A stretch of 64,000 nucleotides of DNA from Gammaproteobacteria bacterium (GTDB taxonomy: Bacteria > Pseudomonadota > Gammaproteobacteria > Eutrophobiales > Eutrophobiaceae). The stretch is taken from the NCBI GenBank assembly GCA_965222155.1, contig CBDCTH010000012.1, positions 1,856,001-1,920,000 of the forward strand, in the 5' to 3' direction. Position numbers and translations under genes: made by a program. Below, one piece after another: positions 10,379 through 19,488 of this stretch. The number at the start of each line of letters is the position of its first letter. The stretch's first letter is position 1. Below the pieces are notes generated by a model that searched no databases, was not told the DNA's origin, and worked only from the letters and a program-made list of their open reading frames with translations.

Positions 10379-11587
10379 GTGAGTGAGATAAGCTACAGCA
10401 ATGCACCCTGGCCGGTGCGCGAGAATTTTGCCGCAGGTCATAATCGCTACTGGCAACGTCTGGCCGCGCCGGGAAACTGGTTGACGAGCACTGAACGGGT
10501 CAATGTAGCCAGGGAAATCCGCCAGGCGCGACAATGCAGCCTGTGCCGCCGACGTAAAGAGGCGTTGTCACCTTACCAGGTTGACGGGACTCATGACGTT
10601 GTAACCGATCTGCCCGAGGTCATGGTCGAAGTCATCCACCGCGTGGTCACCGACTCGGCTCGTCTCACCAAAAACTGGTTTGACGGGATCATGCAGCAGG
10701 GGCTCAGTGAGGAACAATATGTTGAGATCATCGGCACCCTGGTTTCGGTGTTCATGATCGATGAATTCTGCCGTGGTATTGGCCTGCCCCTGAACGAACT
10801 ACCGGAACCACAACCCGGCAATCCAAGTCGTTACCGCCCTGCCAATGCTTCCCATGACGGCACCTGGGTACCACTGCTCCCGGCGAGAGTCGATAGCGGA
10901 CCTGATGCCGATTTGTGGGAGGGACGCGTCGGCGGCTATGTCATCCGGGCCCTCAGCCTTGTCCCTGATGAAGTGCGTACCCTGATGGATACCTTGAAAG
11001 CGCATTATCTCAACAGCGCAGAAATCTGGAACGTCACAAAGTCCCCTCAAGGAACGCTGACCCGCATTCAGACAGAGGTGGTAGCCGCGCGAGTATCCGC
11101 ACTCAACGGCTGTTTCTACTGAACCGCCTCACATGTGGTGATGCTCCGTGAGAGCGTCGAGCTGACAGGCGGGTCCATCGACTTCGACGGTCTCACTGAT
11201 CCCTCCTGTACAGAGATCAGGGGCGTACCGAATTCCCGTGAATTGCTGCAGCTCGCCAATGCCTGTATGGGTGACGACAGTGCCGCCCTGGCCACTGCGC
11301 GCCAGGCCCTGGTAGATACAATGGGTTCTGCGGCGATGATCGATACGGTCGGGGTCATATCGAATTTTCAGCGCATGGTGCGGATTGCCGATGCGACAGG
11401 CATCCCCTCCGACGACTCAATGCAGGTGATGTCCGAGGACCTGCGGGAGCAACTGGGAATTAACCGGTATGTCTCCGCTGCCAACTCCGAGCGACCATCC
11501 TTTTTTCAAAGGCTACTGCTCAAATTCGTAGGTATCCGCCAGTTCCGCAAGATGGTTCGGGAAGCAAGCCAGAATCCAGTGAAATAG
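10379..11587 (+). CDS. AhpD/carboxymuconolactone-decarboxylase-like selenoprotein, 402 aa, Sec at codon 248 (TGA 11120-11122)
   Basis: ORFs 10379..11122 and 11135..11587 share a frame; read-through gives VAARVSALNGCFY-U-TASH, matching AhpD VSxxNxCxxCxxxH; hairpin follows TGA; selA adjacent. Confidence 0.88.
11123..11174 (+). promoter_or_regulatory. Candidate bacterial SECIS element
   Basis: Upper stem GATGCTC (11140-46)/GAGCGTC (11152-58), loop CGTGA 24 nt after TGA with G at loop position 2; lower stem CCGCCT/AGGCGG. Confidence 0.7.
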
Positions 11588-11612
11588 ACAATTCTTTATA
11601 AGGAAGGTTCGT

Positions 11613-13034
11613 TTACTGGATACCGGCATTCGCCGATATGACGGGATACTGATCTAGCTGGGCTATAAATTCACCTTCCCGGTCCAGACAACGCAGGTCC
11701 AGGAAATACGCGCCGTTATTGATCCGGCCGATAACCGGGACAGGCAACCGGCGCAGTGATGCAGCCAGTTCCCGGATAGCCTGGTCTGAATCATCTGCCG
11801 CGTTGATCCTGACGCCGACACTGGGCAACGTTTCAACCGGCAAGGCGCCACTGCCGACCTGGCTGTGACATTCTGTTATCGCCACTTCATAACGCGGCGC
11901 CAATACTTCCGCAATCCGTGGCGCAACCCGCTCAGCCTGGGAGCGTATCTCGGCAATCGGCCGGGTTAAGGCTGCAAGAGTCGGCAGTTTTTTCGCCAGT
12001 TGTGAAGGATTTTGATAGAGTTTCAGCACCTCAGCCAGGGCTGCCAGGGTCATCTTGTCGACGCGCAGGGCGCGTTTCAGCGGATTATTCTTCATCCTGG
12101 TTATCAAATCCCGTTTGCCGGCGATAATACCGCACTGGGGGCCGCCCAACAGCTTGTCTCCACTGAAAGTGACAATATCCGCGCCTCTCTTCACCGTCTG
12201 CGCAACGGTGGGTTCATCGGGCAGGTTGAAAGCGGAAAAGTCGATCAGGTTACCGCTGCCCAAATCGATCACAAAAGCTAAACCGTTCTCATGGGCCAAT
12301 TCCGCCAGGTCCGTTTCGGCAACGCTATGGGTAAACCCCCAGATTTGATAATTACTCGCATGTACCTTCAGCAATAACGCAGTATTGGTGTTTATAGCGT
12401 TTTTGTAGTCTTTCAGGTGGGTGCGATTGGTTGTTCCGACCTCGACCAGGGCGCACCCTGAACTCCGCATGATTTCGGGGATGCGAAAGGATCCGCCAAT
12501 TTCGACCAACTCGCCCCGGGATACGGGTACTTCGGCATGATTCGCCAGCGTGTTCAACACCAGTAATACCGCCGCGGCATTGTTGTTTACCACTGTCGCC
12601 GCCTCTACCCCGCCAAGCTCACAGATCAGGCGCTCCGCGTGAACGTCACGATCACCGCGTTTACCGGTTGGTAAATCGTATTCCAGGTTAGCCGGTGTTT
12701 GTGCTATGGCCAGCACCGCATCCAGTGCTTCACGGGGGAGCGATGCGCGGCCCAGGTTTGTATGTAAAACAGTACCCGTGAGATTGAATACACTGATTAA
12801 ACTGCTATTAGCGGTATTTTCCAATTCAGTTTCAACGGAACAGACGACATGGCTTAAAAATGAAGTCTTATCAACAGGAGTAAACGTTTCCATGTTATTG
12901 CGAATGCGATCAAGCTCATTGCGGATTGCAGTCGTCACACGCTCATGTCCCCAACGTTCAGTAAGATGAGGAGCCTCTCGCAGTACACGATCTACTGACG
13001 GCAAGTCCCTCAGACGCTGCTTGTCACTGCTCAT
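11613..13034 (-). CDS. selA: L-seryl-tRNA(Sec) selenium transferase
   Basis: NLTGTVLHTNLGRA, SRGELVEIGGSFRIP, EVGTTNRT, FSGDKLLGGPQ (PLP Lys). Confidence 0.98.
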   Translation of the reverse strand: MSSDKQRLRDLPSVDRVLREAPHLTERWGHERVTTAIRNELDRIRNNMETFTPVDKTSFLSHVVCSVETELENTANSSLISVFNLTGTVLHTNLGRASLPREALDAVLAIAQTPANLEYDLPTGKRGDRDVHAERLICELGGVEAATVVNNNAAAVLLVLNTLANHAEVPVSRGELVEIGGSFRIPEIMRSSGCALVEVGTTNRTHLKDYKNAINTNTALLLKVHASNYQIWGFTHSVAETDLAELAHENGLAFVIDLGSGNLIDFSAFNLPDEPTVAQTVKRGADIVTFSGDKLLGGPQCGIIAGKRDLITRMKNNPLKRALRVDKMTLAALAEVLKLYQNPSQLAKKLPTLAALTRPIAEIRSQAERVAPRIAEVLAPRYEVAITECHSQVGSGALPVETLPSVGVRINAADDSDQAIRELAASLRRLPVPVIGRINNGAYFLDLRCLDREGEFIAQLDQYPVISANAGIQ

Positions 13035-13072
13035 TTCTGAATTAATTCGCTAATGCGACTAATATCTAAAAC

Positions 13073-13147
13073 CAAAGGGGTCAGACTCGATTGATATTAT
13101 AACAATGCAAAGGTGTCTGGAAAATCAATCGAGTCTGACCTCTTTGA
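13073..13147. repeat. REP-like inverted repeat pair
   Basis: CAAAGGGGTCAGACTCGATTGAT ... ATCAATCGAGTCTGACCTCTTTG, 23-bp arms with 1 mismatch. Confidence 0.75.
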
Positions 13148-13263
13148 TTACGGTAATGCGAAGATCGTTGAAGCTCTGAGCGCTGAAAAGTAGCTTTGAA
13201 ACAGTTTCGGTCTATATCCAATTGTTTTCACTTACTGCCTTGCCTGATAAATGCCGACTTGAC

Positions 13264-13319
13264 GCCTAATACTAAATTCAGCGGTGGCGTTAGCCGTCCG
13301 CTGAAGTGTCTTGTTGTGC
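13264..13319 (-). repeat. attC site (core GTT changed to ATT)
   Basis: Minus strand GCACAAC-AAGACACTTCAGCGGACGGCTAACGCCACCGCTGAATTTAGT-ATTAGGC. Confidence 0.75.
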
Positions 13320-13550
13320 GATGCGGCACTTTTCGTAAACAAACTCAGGATCAAGATCAGCGCCGGATTCCCATGCAATTGCGTCAAAAGAGACATGAAC
13401 AGTTTTGAAGACACTTGGATCTTGTATTTTATTAAAAACCCCAAAATTTAAGTACGGTTTCATATCCAGTAATCCATTCTCTCCATTATCAAAAACTACT
13501 GACAGGATATAATCATCTTCACACTCAACAGATATTACAGCAGGGTGCAT
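13290..13550 (-). CDS. DUF2442 family protein (TA-type partner of DUF4160)
   Basis: DDYILSVVFDNGE...AIAWESGADLDPEFVY; RBS GAGGA; stop lies inside attC. Confidence 0.85.
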   Translation of the reverse strand: MHPAVISVECEDDYILSVVFDNGENGLLDMKPYLNFGVFNKIQDPSVFKTVHVSFDAIAWESGADLDPEFVYEKCRIAQQDTSADG

Positions 13551-13560
13551 CAAATTGTCC

Positions 13561-13827
13561 TCATTGTAGTGGTTGAATCTTAAACGGTTCTTCACCATTC
13601 ATGACAAGTTCCCAATCTGCCATGAGATCTTCCTGGTGGAGCTCTGCCCACGCCAAAACTAACTTGGTTTGCTTTTTTGGCAACTTGCCGTCAATAATCT
13701 CACAAGTGCGAATATCAACCCTTGCCTTATGTTCAGCGTAATAAACATGAAAGTGAGGCAGAGGGTGCTCGCGAGGGGCAAAATACATTCTAATGATGAT
13801 GCCATAAAACATCGATATAGTTGGCAC
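13561..13827 (-). CDS. DUF4160 family protein
   Basis: MPTISMFYGIIIRMY...HPLPHFHVYY...WAELHQEDLMADW. Confidence 0.9.
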   Translation of the reverse strand: MPTISMFYGIIIRMYFAPREHPLPHFHVYYAEHKARVDIRTCEIIDGKLPKKQTKLVLAWAELHQEDLMADWELVMNGEEPFKIQPLQ

Positions 13828-13862
13828 TCCGAAATTCCTCGTTTAGTCAATCAGTTTTTTCC

Positions 13863-13919
13863 GCACAACGATTTAACCAGACGCCGCGTTAGCGGGTCGG
13901 CTGAATTTGATTGTTAGCT
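13863..13919 (-). repeat. attC site
   Basis: Minus strand AGCTAAC-AATCAAATTCAGCCGACCCGCTAACGCGGCGTCTGGTTAAATC-GTTGTGC, starting 5 nt after the upstream ORF stop. Confidence 0.8.
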
Positions 13920-13924
13920 TTCTA

Positions 13925-14260
13925 TCACCTATCCGCCTTCTTGAAATCTTCTGTTTTGGGAGGATCAAGCGCAAACCAATCATAATTGAAAACTTGCTCT
14001 CTATCGGAATTTACTTCGTTTAATGTACATAGTCCTTCACCTGGCAATCCAGTTTCTTGTTTAACAACCAGAACTGTAAGAGGAGGAAGACCGTTATCTT
14101 TGCAGTACCACATAATCGGCCCAGGAAACTGTGCCATTACACCCGCGCCTCCCATCCCAAGTATCTCTGCGATTTCGCCATAAGTGTATGACTTGCGCTC
14201 TCTTGCTGCACATACAAGCAACGTCCAGATTTGCAATGATCTTTGATATCTATTCACCAC
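13925..14260 (-). CDS. Hypothetical cassette protein (possible winged-helix, YTYGEIA...LPPLTVLVVKQETGLPGEG)
   Basis: 111-aa ORF with RBS AAGGAG fills the cassette between two attC sites. Confidence 0.75.
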   Translation of the reverse strand: MVNRYQRSLQIWTLLVCAARERKSYTYGEIAEILGMGGAGVMAQFPGPIMWYCKDNGLPPLTVLVVKQETGLPGEGLCTLNEVNSDREQVFNYDWFALDPPKTEDFKKADR

Positions 14261-14278
14261 GGTCTCCTTTGTTTGTGT

Positions 14279-14350
14279 AGCTAACGTTGGAATTGAGCTT
14301 GCCTTGGAGCACAGTGGAAGGGTAAGCGGTCAACTCGAATGATATCATAT
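14279..14350 (-). repeat. attC site, 5' box (R'') degenerate or deleted
   Basis: Minus strand ...ATTCGAGTTGACCGCTTACC...GGCAAGCTCAATTCCAAC-GTTAGCT. Confidence 0.65.
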
Positions 14351-14483
14351 GGCCTGATCGAGAATCCACAAGACCACGCTCGACCATACGTACGAACGTA
14401 AGTTCGTGCAGGGTTTCCTTATATGTCGCATCTTCCGGCTGCGACTCGATTACTTCCTTCATTTTCTCTTTCGCTATTGCCAC
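14345..14483 (-). pseudogene. Truncated type II antitoxin-like gene running into attC
   Basis: AKEKMKEVIESQPEDATY...VERGLVDSRSGHMIS resembles small RelE/ParE-associated antitoxins; frame continues into the attC palindrome, no toxin follows. Confidence 0.6.
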
Positions 14484-14504
14484 CGAATCTCTCCTCTACT
14501 TAAG

Positions 14505-14575
14505 GCATAACGCCGCACTTGAGCGATCGAGCTGGAGCGAGGTCCGAGCGCCGAAGGAGCGATCTCAAAGTGGGT
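14505..14575 (-). repeat. attC site, 5' box replaced by repeat array
   Basis: Minus strand CACTTTGAGATCG...CGATCGCTCAAGTG-CGGC-GTTATGC. Confidence 0.6.
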
Positions 14576-14578
14576 AAC

Positions 14579-14768
14579 AAATTGAGGACATCCATAAATT
14601 GGGGACAAATTCGGGACATCCATAAATTCGAGCGAGCAAATTTGGGACATCCATAAATTAGAGGAAGCAAATTTGGCAAATTCGGGACATCCATAAATTA
14701 GAGGAAGCAAATTTGGGACATCCAAGAGGAGGACAAATTCAGGGAGACAAATTCAGGACATCCATAAG
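14579..14768 (+). repeat. Irregular array of ~6 AAATT(C/T)GGGACATCCATAAATT units (REP-like)
   Basis: Directly visible; short, mutually similar linkers; solo copy near 15018. Confidence 0.85.
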
Positions 14769-15114
14769 TAACCGATTTATCACATTATGACGATGGGTTC
14801 GTGAGTTCGTTGGGGGCGGCATCAAAGAGGAGACCGTTGTGCGGTTGGTCCGCCGCAACGATACAGACTCCGATGTTTTTTACACCAAAACAAGTAATTC
14901 ATTAACGAACTGCTCTGGTGCGGACGTCAGGTGACACCTCATCGGGCAGGAGGAAGGCGGCTACGTATCCCAGCATTTTAATCTTGTATATAATGTCATG
15001 TACTTTCAACATGAATCAGGACATCCAAATTCTCACCCCTCGCTGACTACCTGGAACAAATTAGAGAGTAAACCCTGCCACCCCACCCTTTATTATTTTT
15101 TGACATCTGCCTCA

Positions 15115-18100
15115 ATGCCCGAACCAGCCACTTTCTCCGACGTCTACGAGGCGCTTTCGCCTGTTGCACAGCTTGTCGCCCAAGTCTACGGCGTCGTGTA
15201 TCCACACGAGTTCACGACGGCGCGGGTTGCGGCAATGCTGGCTTTCGCCGGGATCGATCTTGGCAGGCGTCATATTCCGAATACCCGAACCAAGACAGCA
15301 GGTGATGAGCTTCTGAAAGCGGGCCTCGTATACTCTCCCGGACAGCAGCAGGAGATCAAGGCCATGAGCGCCTGGGCGCCGCGGCTCACGCTCGAGGCTT
15401 TCCGTCACCACAGGCTCGATAAGATGATAGCCGCTTTCGAGCGCGAGCGCCCGTATTCCCGATACTACTACAACGATCCCGACCAGGACGCGATGCGGTT
15501 GCGCTGCCATACCGTCGCAGGCCGTTTCAAGGAGATTGATAAACAACGCATCGGTATTTCCGTAGACGAGTGGCGCTTCCTGGCCGAGCCCGGCGCCGCC
15601 GAACTGTTGCCGAAACTGCCCGAGAAGTACCTGACCCCGGCGCTTACCGCCTGTCTTGCCCACGTCATCGAGACGGCCGCGCCATCGGTTCCGATCATAG
15701 CTGCCTGCCGGGCGTTGGCCCCGGATATATCCTTACACCTTGCCGACCTCGCGTTCATCCATATCCTGCAGGGCAGCTTGGACGCGGCCCTGGCGCTTTT
15801 CGACGACGGCCGGGCGAAGACCCGCGACAGCAAACGGATAAGAACCGAGCGCGCCGCCACCGGCGCACTCATCGCGACGTTGCGCGGCGATGACGATGAA
15901 GCAATCCGCCTCATCGAATCGGCCATTGCCGAGGAGAAGGCAGGAACGCGCAAACGCAGCGTGTTTCCAACAGCGCGGGCCTTTGTCCTGTCCTTGTTGT
16001 CCCTGGTGCGAAACGACACGCCCGCAAATATCGCAATGCTCGAGCAACTTCTCCGCACCGGTATTCGACAGAACGTCCACCCACGCATGACCAAGCTCGT
16101 CGCAGGCGTTGCGGGATTTCAATACGAGCAACAGTACGGCACGCCAACGCCTGAGCGAGTATCGATTTACTCGCTCCTGGACGGGTTCGCGTGCTGCTGG
16201 GCTGACGAACTCCAACTGTTGTTCTACCGCGGCGGCTCGCGTAATATTCTGTCCAGCCTCATGCGCCGCGCCACCGCCAATGGGTTCGACTGGGTCGCAG
16301 CAGAGTGCCTCGAGGTCATCCATCGGGCTGAGTCCGACAAGCGCAAGCCTGACAAACGCACCGAAACACTGGCTAAGCAAGCTGCCGACATACACGCCAG
16401 ACTCGGCACAGTGACGCTGGCCTCTCTAGTCAAGCCCTTGCCCGAGTGGGAATATTCTCTCAAGGAGATCGAGCGGTTCGCGTTCGAGACCAGGAACAGG
16501 AAAAAGCCGGTACGGGGGGATACTGCGCCAGGCCGTCAACGCCGGCTGGTGTGGGATCTCAACGCCGACGATCTCAACGACATCTGGGTTACACCGCGCG
16601 AGCAGCGCGCCAATAAGAACGGCACGTGGAGCAAGGGCCGTCCGGTGGCCCTGAAGCGGCTGGCCTCAGGGTTGGGCGAGATGGATTTCCTGCTGGAGCA
16701 GGACCGTGCGGCGGCGGCGAAGATCAGACAGAATAATTATGGCCGGCGCAGTTACCAGGAATTCTATCTGCCTTTAGCTGGCCTGTACGCGTTGGCCGGT
16801 CATCCCTATGTCTTCAACGCTAAAGGCGAGTTGGTCGACGTCGTTCGACGTGAGCCGGAGTTGCTGGTAGATGAAGACGCCAACGGCATGATGGTGGCGC
16901 GTGTTGAACCCCATGGTCTGGACGCTGACGAATCGAACTGTCAGGCCCGGATGGGCGGCAATAACCGCTGCGAAGTGACCCGGTTCACACCCGACCATAA
17001 ACGATTGTTCAACATCATCCCCCCGGAGGGACTCGAACTACCGATGGCGGCCAAGACGCGCCTGCTGGAAGCGGTTTCTGACCTTGCCGCCGAAATACGA
17101 GTGCAAGGCGTCATAGGCGAAACCACGGGGGTGGTAAACCAGATTGAAGCGGACCCGCAACCGTGGGTGAAACTCGAGCCGAAGGCAGCGGGGTTGGCCG
17201 TGGAGCTGGTAGTCGAACCGGCGCCGGGAACCGGGGCCTACTTCGAACCAGGCACCGGCGGAACCACGGTTTTCACCAATCGGAACGGTGAAGCGGTACA
17301 GGCCAGACGCGACCTTAAGGCTGAGCGCGCGGCTGTCGAAAGGCTGGCTTCCGTCTGCCCGATGTTGGGCGCGCTAGGCGCTGGACGACAATCGCTGGCT
17401 TTGCCCGCCCCCGCGGATTGTCTTGAACTGCTGGAACAGGTCGACGCTGCCGGGGCTCGTTGCCTGTGGCCCAATGGTGAACCGTTCAAGATCGTCGTCC
17501 GCGCCGAAACAGCAGCGCTCAGACTGTCGATAAAATCTGCTGCCGACTGGTTCCGCGCCTCCGGTGAACTCGAGATCGACGAGCAGCGGGCACTTGATCT
17601 CCGGCAGCTTTTCGCGCTGATGGATAAGAGTCCGGGGTCGCGCTTCCTGGAGCTGGACAGTGGTGAGTTCGTCGCGTTGACCGTGGCCTTCCGCCGCCAG
17701 CTTGACGACTTGCGCAGCTTGTCGGCGCCAGCCGGACAGGGTTCGATTCGGCTGCACCCCCTGGCGACCCTGGCACTGCAGGACTTCGTCGAGGAAACCC
17801 AGCTTAAGGCTGGCGCGGCCTGGCACAACCAATGCGACAAGCTGCGGGATGCGCAGGCATTTCAACCGGAGACGCCCAGCACCCTGCAGGCAGATCTGCG
17901 TCCGTATCAACTGGAAGGCTTTTACTGGCTTGCTCGACTCAGCCATTGGGGCGCCGGCGCCTGTCTCGCGGACGACATGGGACTCGGCAAGACCGTGCAG
18001 GCCCTCGCACTGCTGCTGCGCCGCGCCCCGGACGGTCCCGCGCTCGTGGTCGCACCGACCTCAGTCGTTGCCAACTGGACCGATGAGGCGCGCCGTTTTG

Positions 18101-19287
18101 CCCCGACGTTGAAGGTCACACCCTACACCGGCGCTGCTGCTACCCGCGCCAAGCTGTTGAAGACCCTCGGCCCCTTCGACGTGATAATCACCACCTACGG
18201 CGTCTTGCAGGTCGACACCGACAGACTGGCCGAGGTAGAGTGGCACAGCGCCGTACTTGATGAGGCCCAGGCAATCAAAAATCCGACAACCCAACGCGCC
18301 CGGGCGACGCGAATGCTCAATGCACGCTTCCGGCTCGTCACCACCGGCACGCCGATCCAGAATAACCTGATGGATCTGTACTCGCTGTTCGGCTTCATCA
18401 ATCCGGGGATGCTGGGTTCGATGGAGCAGTACCGGCGCAACTTCGCCCTGCCCATCGAAAGAGACGCCGATGCCGATGCGCGGGCGCGCCTGCGCCGCCT
18501 GATCGCGCCGTTCGTGCTGCGGCGGCTGAAGACCCAGGTCCTGGATGATCTGCCGCCCCGCACCGAGATCATCCTGCACGTCGAGATGTCGCCGGCCGAG
18601 GCGGCGTTCTACGAGGCGCTTCGGCAGCGGGCCGTTGAGGATCTCGAGACCCTGGCCGATGACAAAGTCGGCGACGGCAAGCACAGGTTGCAGATACTGG
18701 CTCACCTGACGCGGCTGCGGCTCGCCTGCTGCAACCCCAGGCTGGTGCAGAAAACCGGTGCCCCGGCAAGCGCTAAGCTGGAGGCGTTCGCCGAGACCTT
18801 GGACGAATTGCTTGCCAACCAGCACAAGGTGCTGGTCTTCTCCCAATTCGTCATGCATCTGAAGCTGATTGAAGATTACCTGGGCAAGACCGGCATAGCC
18901 TACCAGTACCTGGACGGCAGCACGCCCGCCAAAGCGCGCGCGGAGCGCATCACCGCATTCCAGGCAGGCCAGGGAGACGTGTTCCTGATCTCACTGAAAG
19001 CGGGCGGCATCGGCCTGAACCTGACCGCGGCCGACTACGTGATCCACATGGACCCATGGTGGAATCCGGCCGCGGAAGACCAGGCCTCCGACCGCGCCCA
19101 TCGGATTGGCCAGACACGCCCGGTAACCATCTATCGGCTGGTCACGAAAGGCACCATCGAGGAGCAGATCGTCGATCTGCACCACCACAAGCGCGACCTC
19201 GCCGACCGTCTACTGGAGGGCGCGGACGCGCCGGCGCGGCTGAACACCGATGAATTGCTGAACTTGCTGCGCCAGCCGCTGGCATAA
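15115..19287 (+). CDS. SNF2/SWI2 family helicase with long N-terminal region
   Basis: LADDMGLGKT, DEAQ, TGTPIQN, LVFSQF, SLKAGGIGLNL, DPWWNP, QASDRAHRIGQ; visibly more GC-rich than neighbours; start could be 14998. Confidence 0.95.
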   Translation: MPEPATFSDVYEALSPVAQLVAQVYGVVYPHEFTTARVAAMLAFAGIDLGRRHIPNTRTKTAGDELLKAGLVYSPGQQQEIKAMSAWAPRLTLEAFRHHRLDKMIAAFERERPYSRYYYNDPDQDAMRLRCHTVAGRFKEIDKQRIGISVDEWRFLAEPGAAELLPKLPEKYLTPALTACLAHVIETAAPSVPIIAACRALAPDISLHLADLAFIHILQGSLDAALALFDDGRAKTRDSKRIRTERAATGALIATLRGDDDEAIRLIESAIAEEKAGTRKRSVFPTARAFVLSLLSLVRNDTPANIAMLEQLLRTGIRQNVHPRMTKLVAGVAGFQYEQQYGTPTPERVSIYSLLDGFACCWADELQLLFYRGGSRNILSSLMRRATANGFDWVAAECLEVIHRAESDKRKPDKRTETLAKQAADIHARLGTVTLASLVKPLPEWEYSLKEIERFAFETRNRKKPVRGDTAPGRQRRLVWDLNADDLNDIWVTPREQRANKNGTWSKGRPVALKRLASGLGEMDFLLEQDRAAAAKIRQNNYGRRSYQEFYLPLAGLYALAGHPYVFNAKGELVDVVRREPELLVDEDANGMMVARVEPHGLDADESNCQARMGGNNRCEVTRFTPDHKRLFNIIPPEGLELPMAAKTRLLEAVSDLAAEIRVQGVIGETTGVVNQIEADPQPWVKLEPKAAGLAVELVVEPAPGTGAYFEPGTGGTTVFTNRNGEAVQARRDLKAERAAVERLASVCPMLGALGAGRQSLALPAPADCLELLEQVDAAGARCLWPNGEPFKIVVRAETAALRLSIKSAADWFRASGELEIDEQRALDLRQLFALMDKSPGSRFLELDSGEFVALTVAFRRQLDDLRSLSAPAGQGSIRLHPLATLALQDFVEETQLKAGAAWHNQCDKLRDAQAFQPETPSTLQADLRPYQLEGFYWLARLSHWGAGACLADDMGLGKTVQALALLLRRAPDGPALVVAPTSVVANWTDEARRFAPTLKVTPYTGAAATRAKLLKTLGPFDVIITTYGVLQVDTDRLAEVEWHSAVLDEAQAIKNPTTQRARATRMLNARFRLVTTGTPIQNNLMDLYSLFGFINPGMLGSMEQYRRNFALPIERDADADARARLRRLIAPFVLRRLKTQVLDDLPPRTEIILHVEMSPAEAAFYEALRQRAVEDLETLADDKVGDGKHRLQILAHLTRLRLACCNPRLVQKTGAPASAKLEAFAETLDELLANQHKVLVFSQFVMHLKLIEDYLGKTGIAYQYLDGSTPAKARAERITAFQAGQGDVFLISLKAGGIGLNLTAADYVIHMDPWWNPAAEDQASDRAHRIGQTRPVTIYRLVTKGTIEEQIVDLHHHKRDLADRLLEGADAPARLNTDELLNLLRQPLA

Positions 19288-19394
19288 GCGCTCGACAGTA
19301 ATTATCGATAGCGTCATGGCATTGCGTGACCCTGCTCTCAATACCCCTGCACAGCACCAGGATGCTGTCGCAAAGCAGGAGCCAAGGGGTTTGG

Positions 19395-19459
19395 GGTCAG
19401 AGTATGCCCGAATCCGACAAAAATCACTATATTGACCTCGATTTAGCGGGAGCACCTGC
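19395..19459 (+). repeat. 65-bp direct repeat, copy 1
   Basis: GGTCAGAGTATGCCCGAATCC...GATTTAGCGGGAGCACCTGC; 60/65 identical to 34405-34469 by manual count. Confidence 0.9.
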
Positions 19460-19488
19460 GTTTGTATCAGCAAAGTGAGAGATGTGGA

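Larger units (their letters stand above)
13264..14575 (-). mobile_element. Integron gene-cassette array with no integrase in the window (CALIN-like), degenerate
   Basis: Four attC-like imperfect palindromes (13264-13319, 13863-13919, 14279-~14350, 14505-~14575) separate short co-oriented ORFs; cassette ends are complementary (GTTGTGC/GCACAAC; GTTAGCT/AGCTAAC). Confidence 0.8.

Noticed and set aside
9647-10534. 295-aa antisense ORF and similar long shadow ORFs (18061..18858, 19581..20339, 26557..27321, 54071..54778)
   Set aside because: Antisense to well-supported genes, with no recognisable motifs
11588-13260. selB or tRNA-Sec next to selA
   Set aside because: No EF-Tu-like ORF or tRNA cloverleaf recognised here or elsewhere in the window
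14474-14725. ORFs 14474..14725 and 14500..14694
   Set aside because: Translations of the repeat array and attC
14579-14768. Possible CRISPR array
   Set aside because: Units ~15-20 bp, linkers short, irregular and similar to each other; no cas genes in the window
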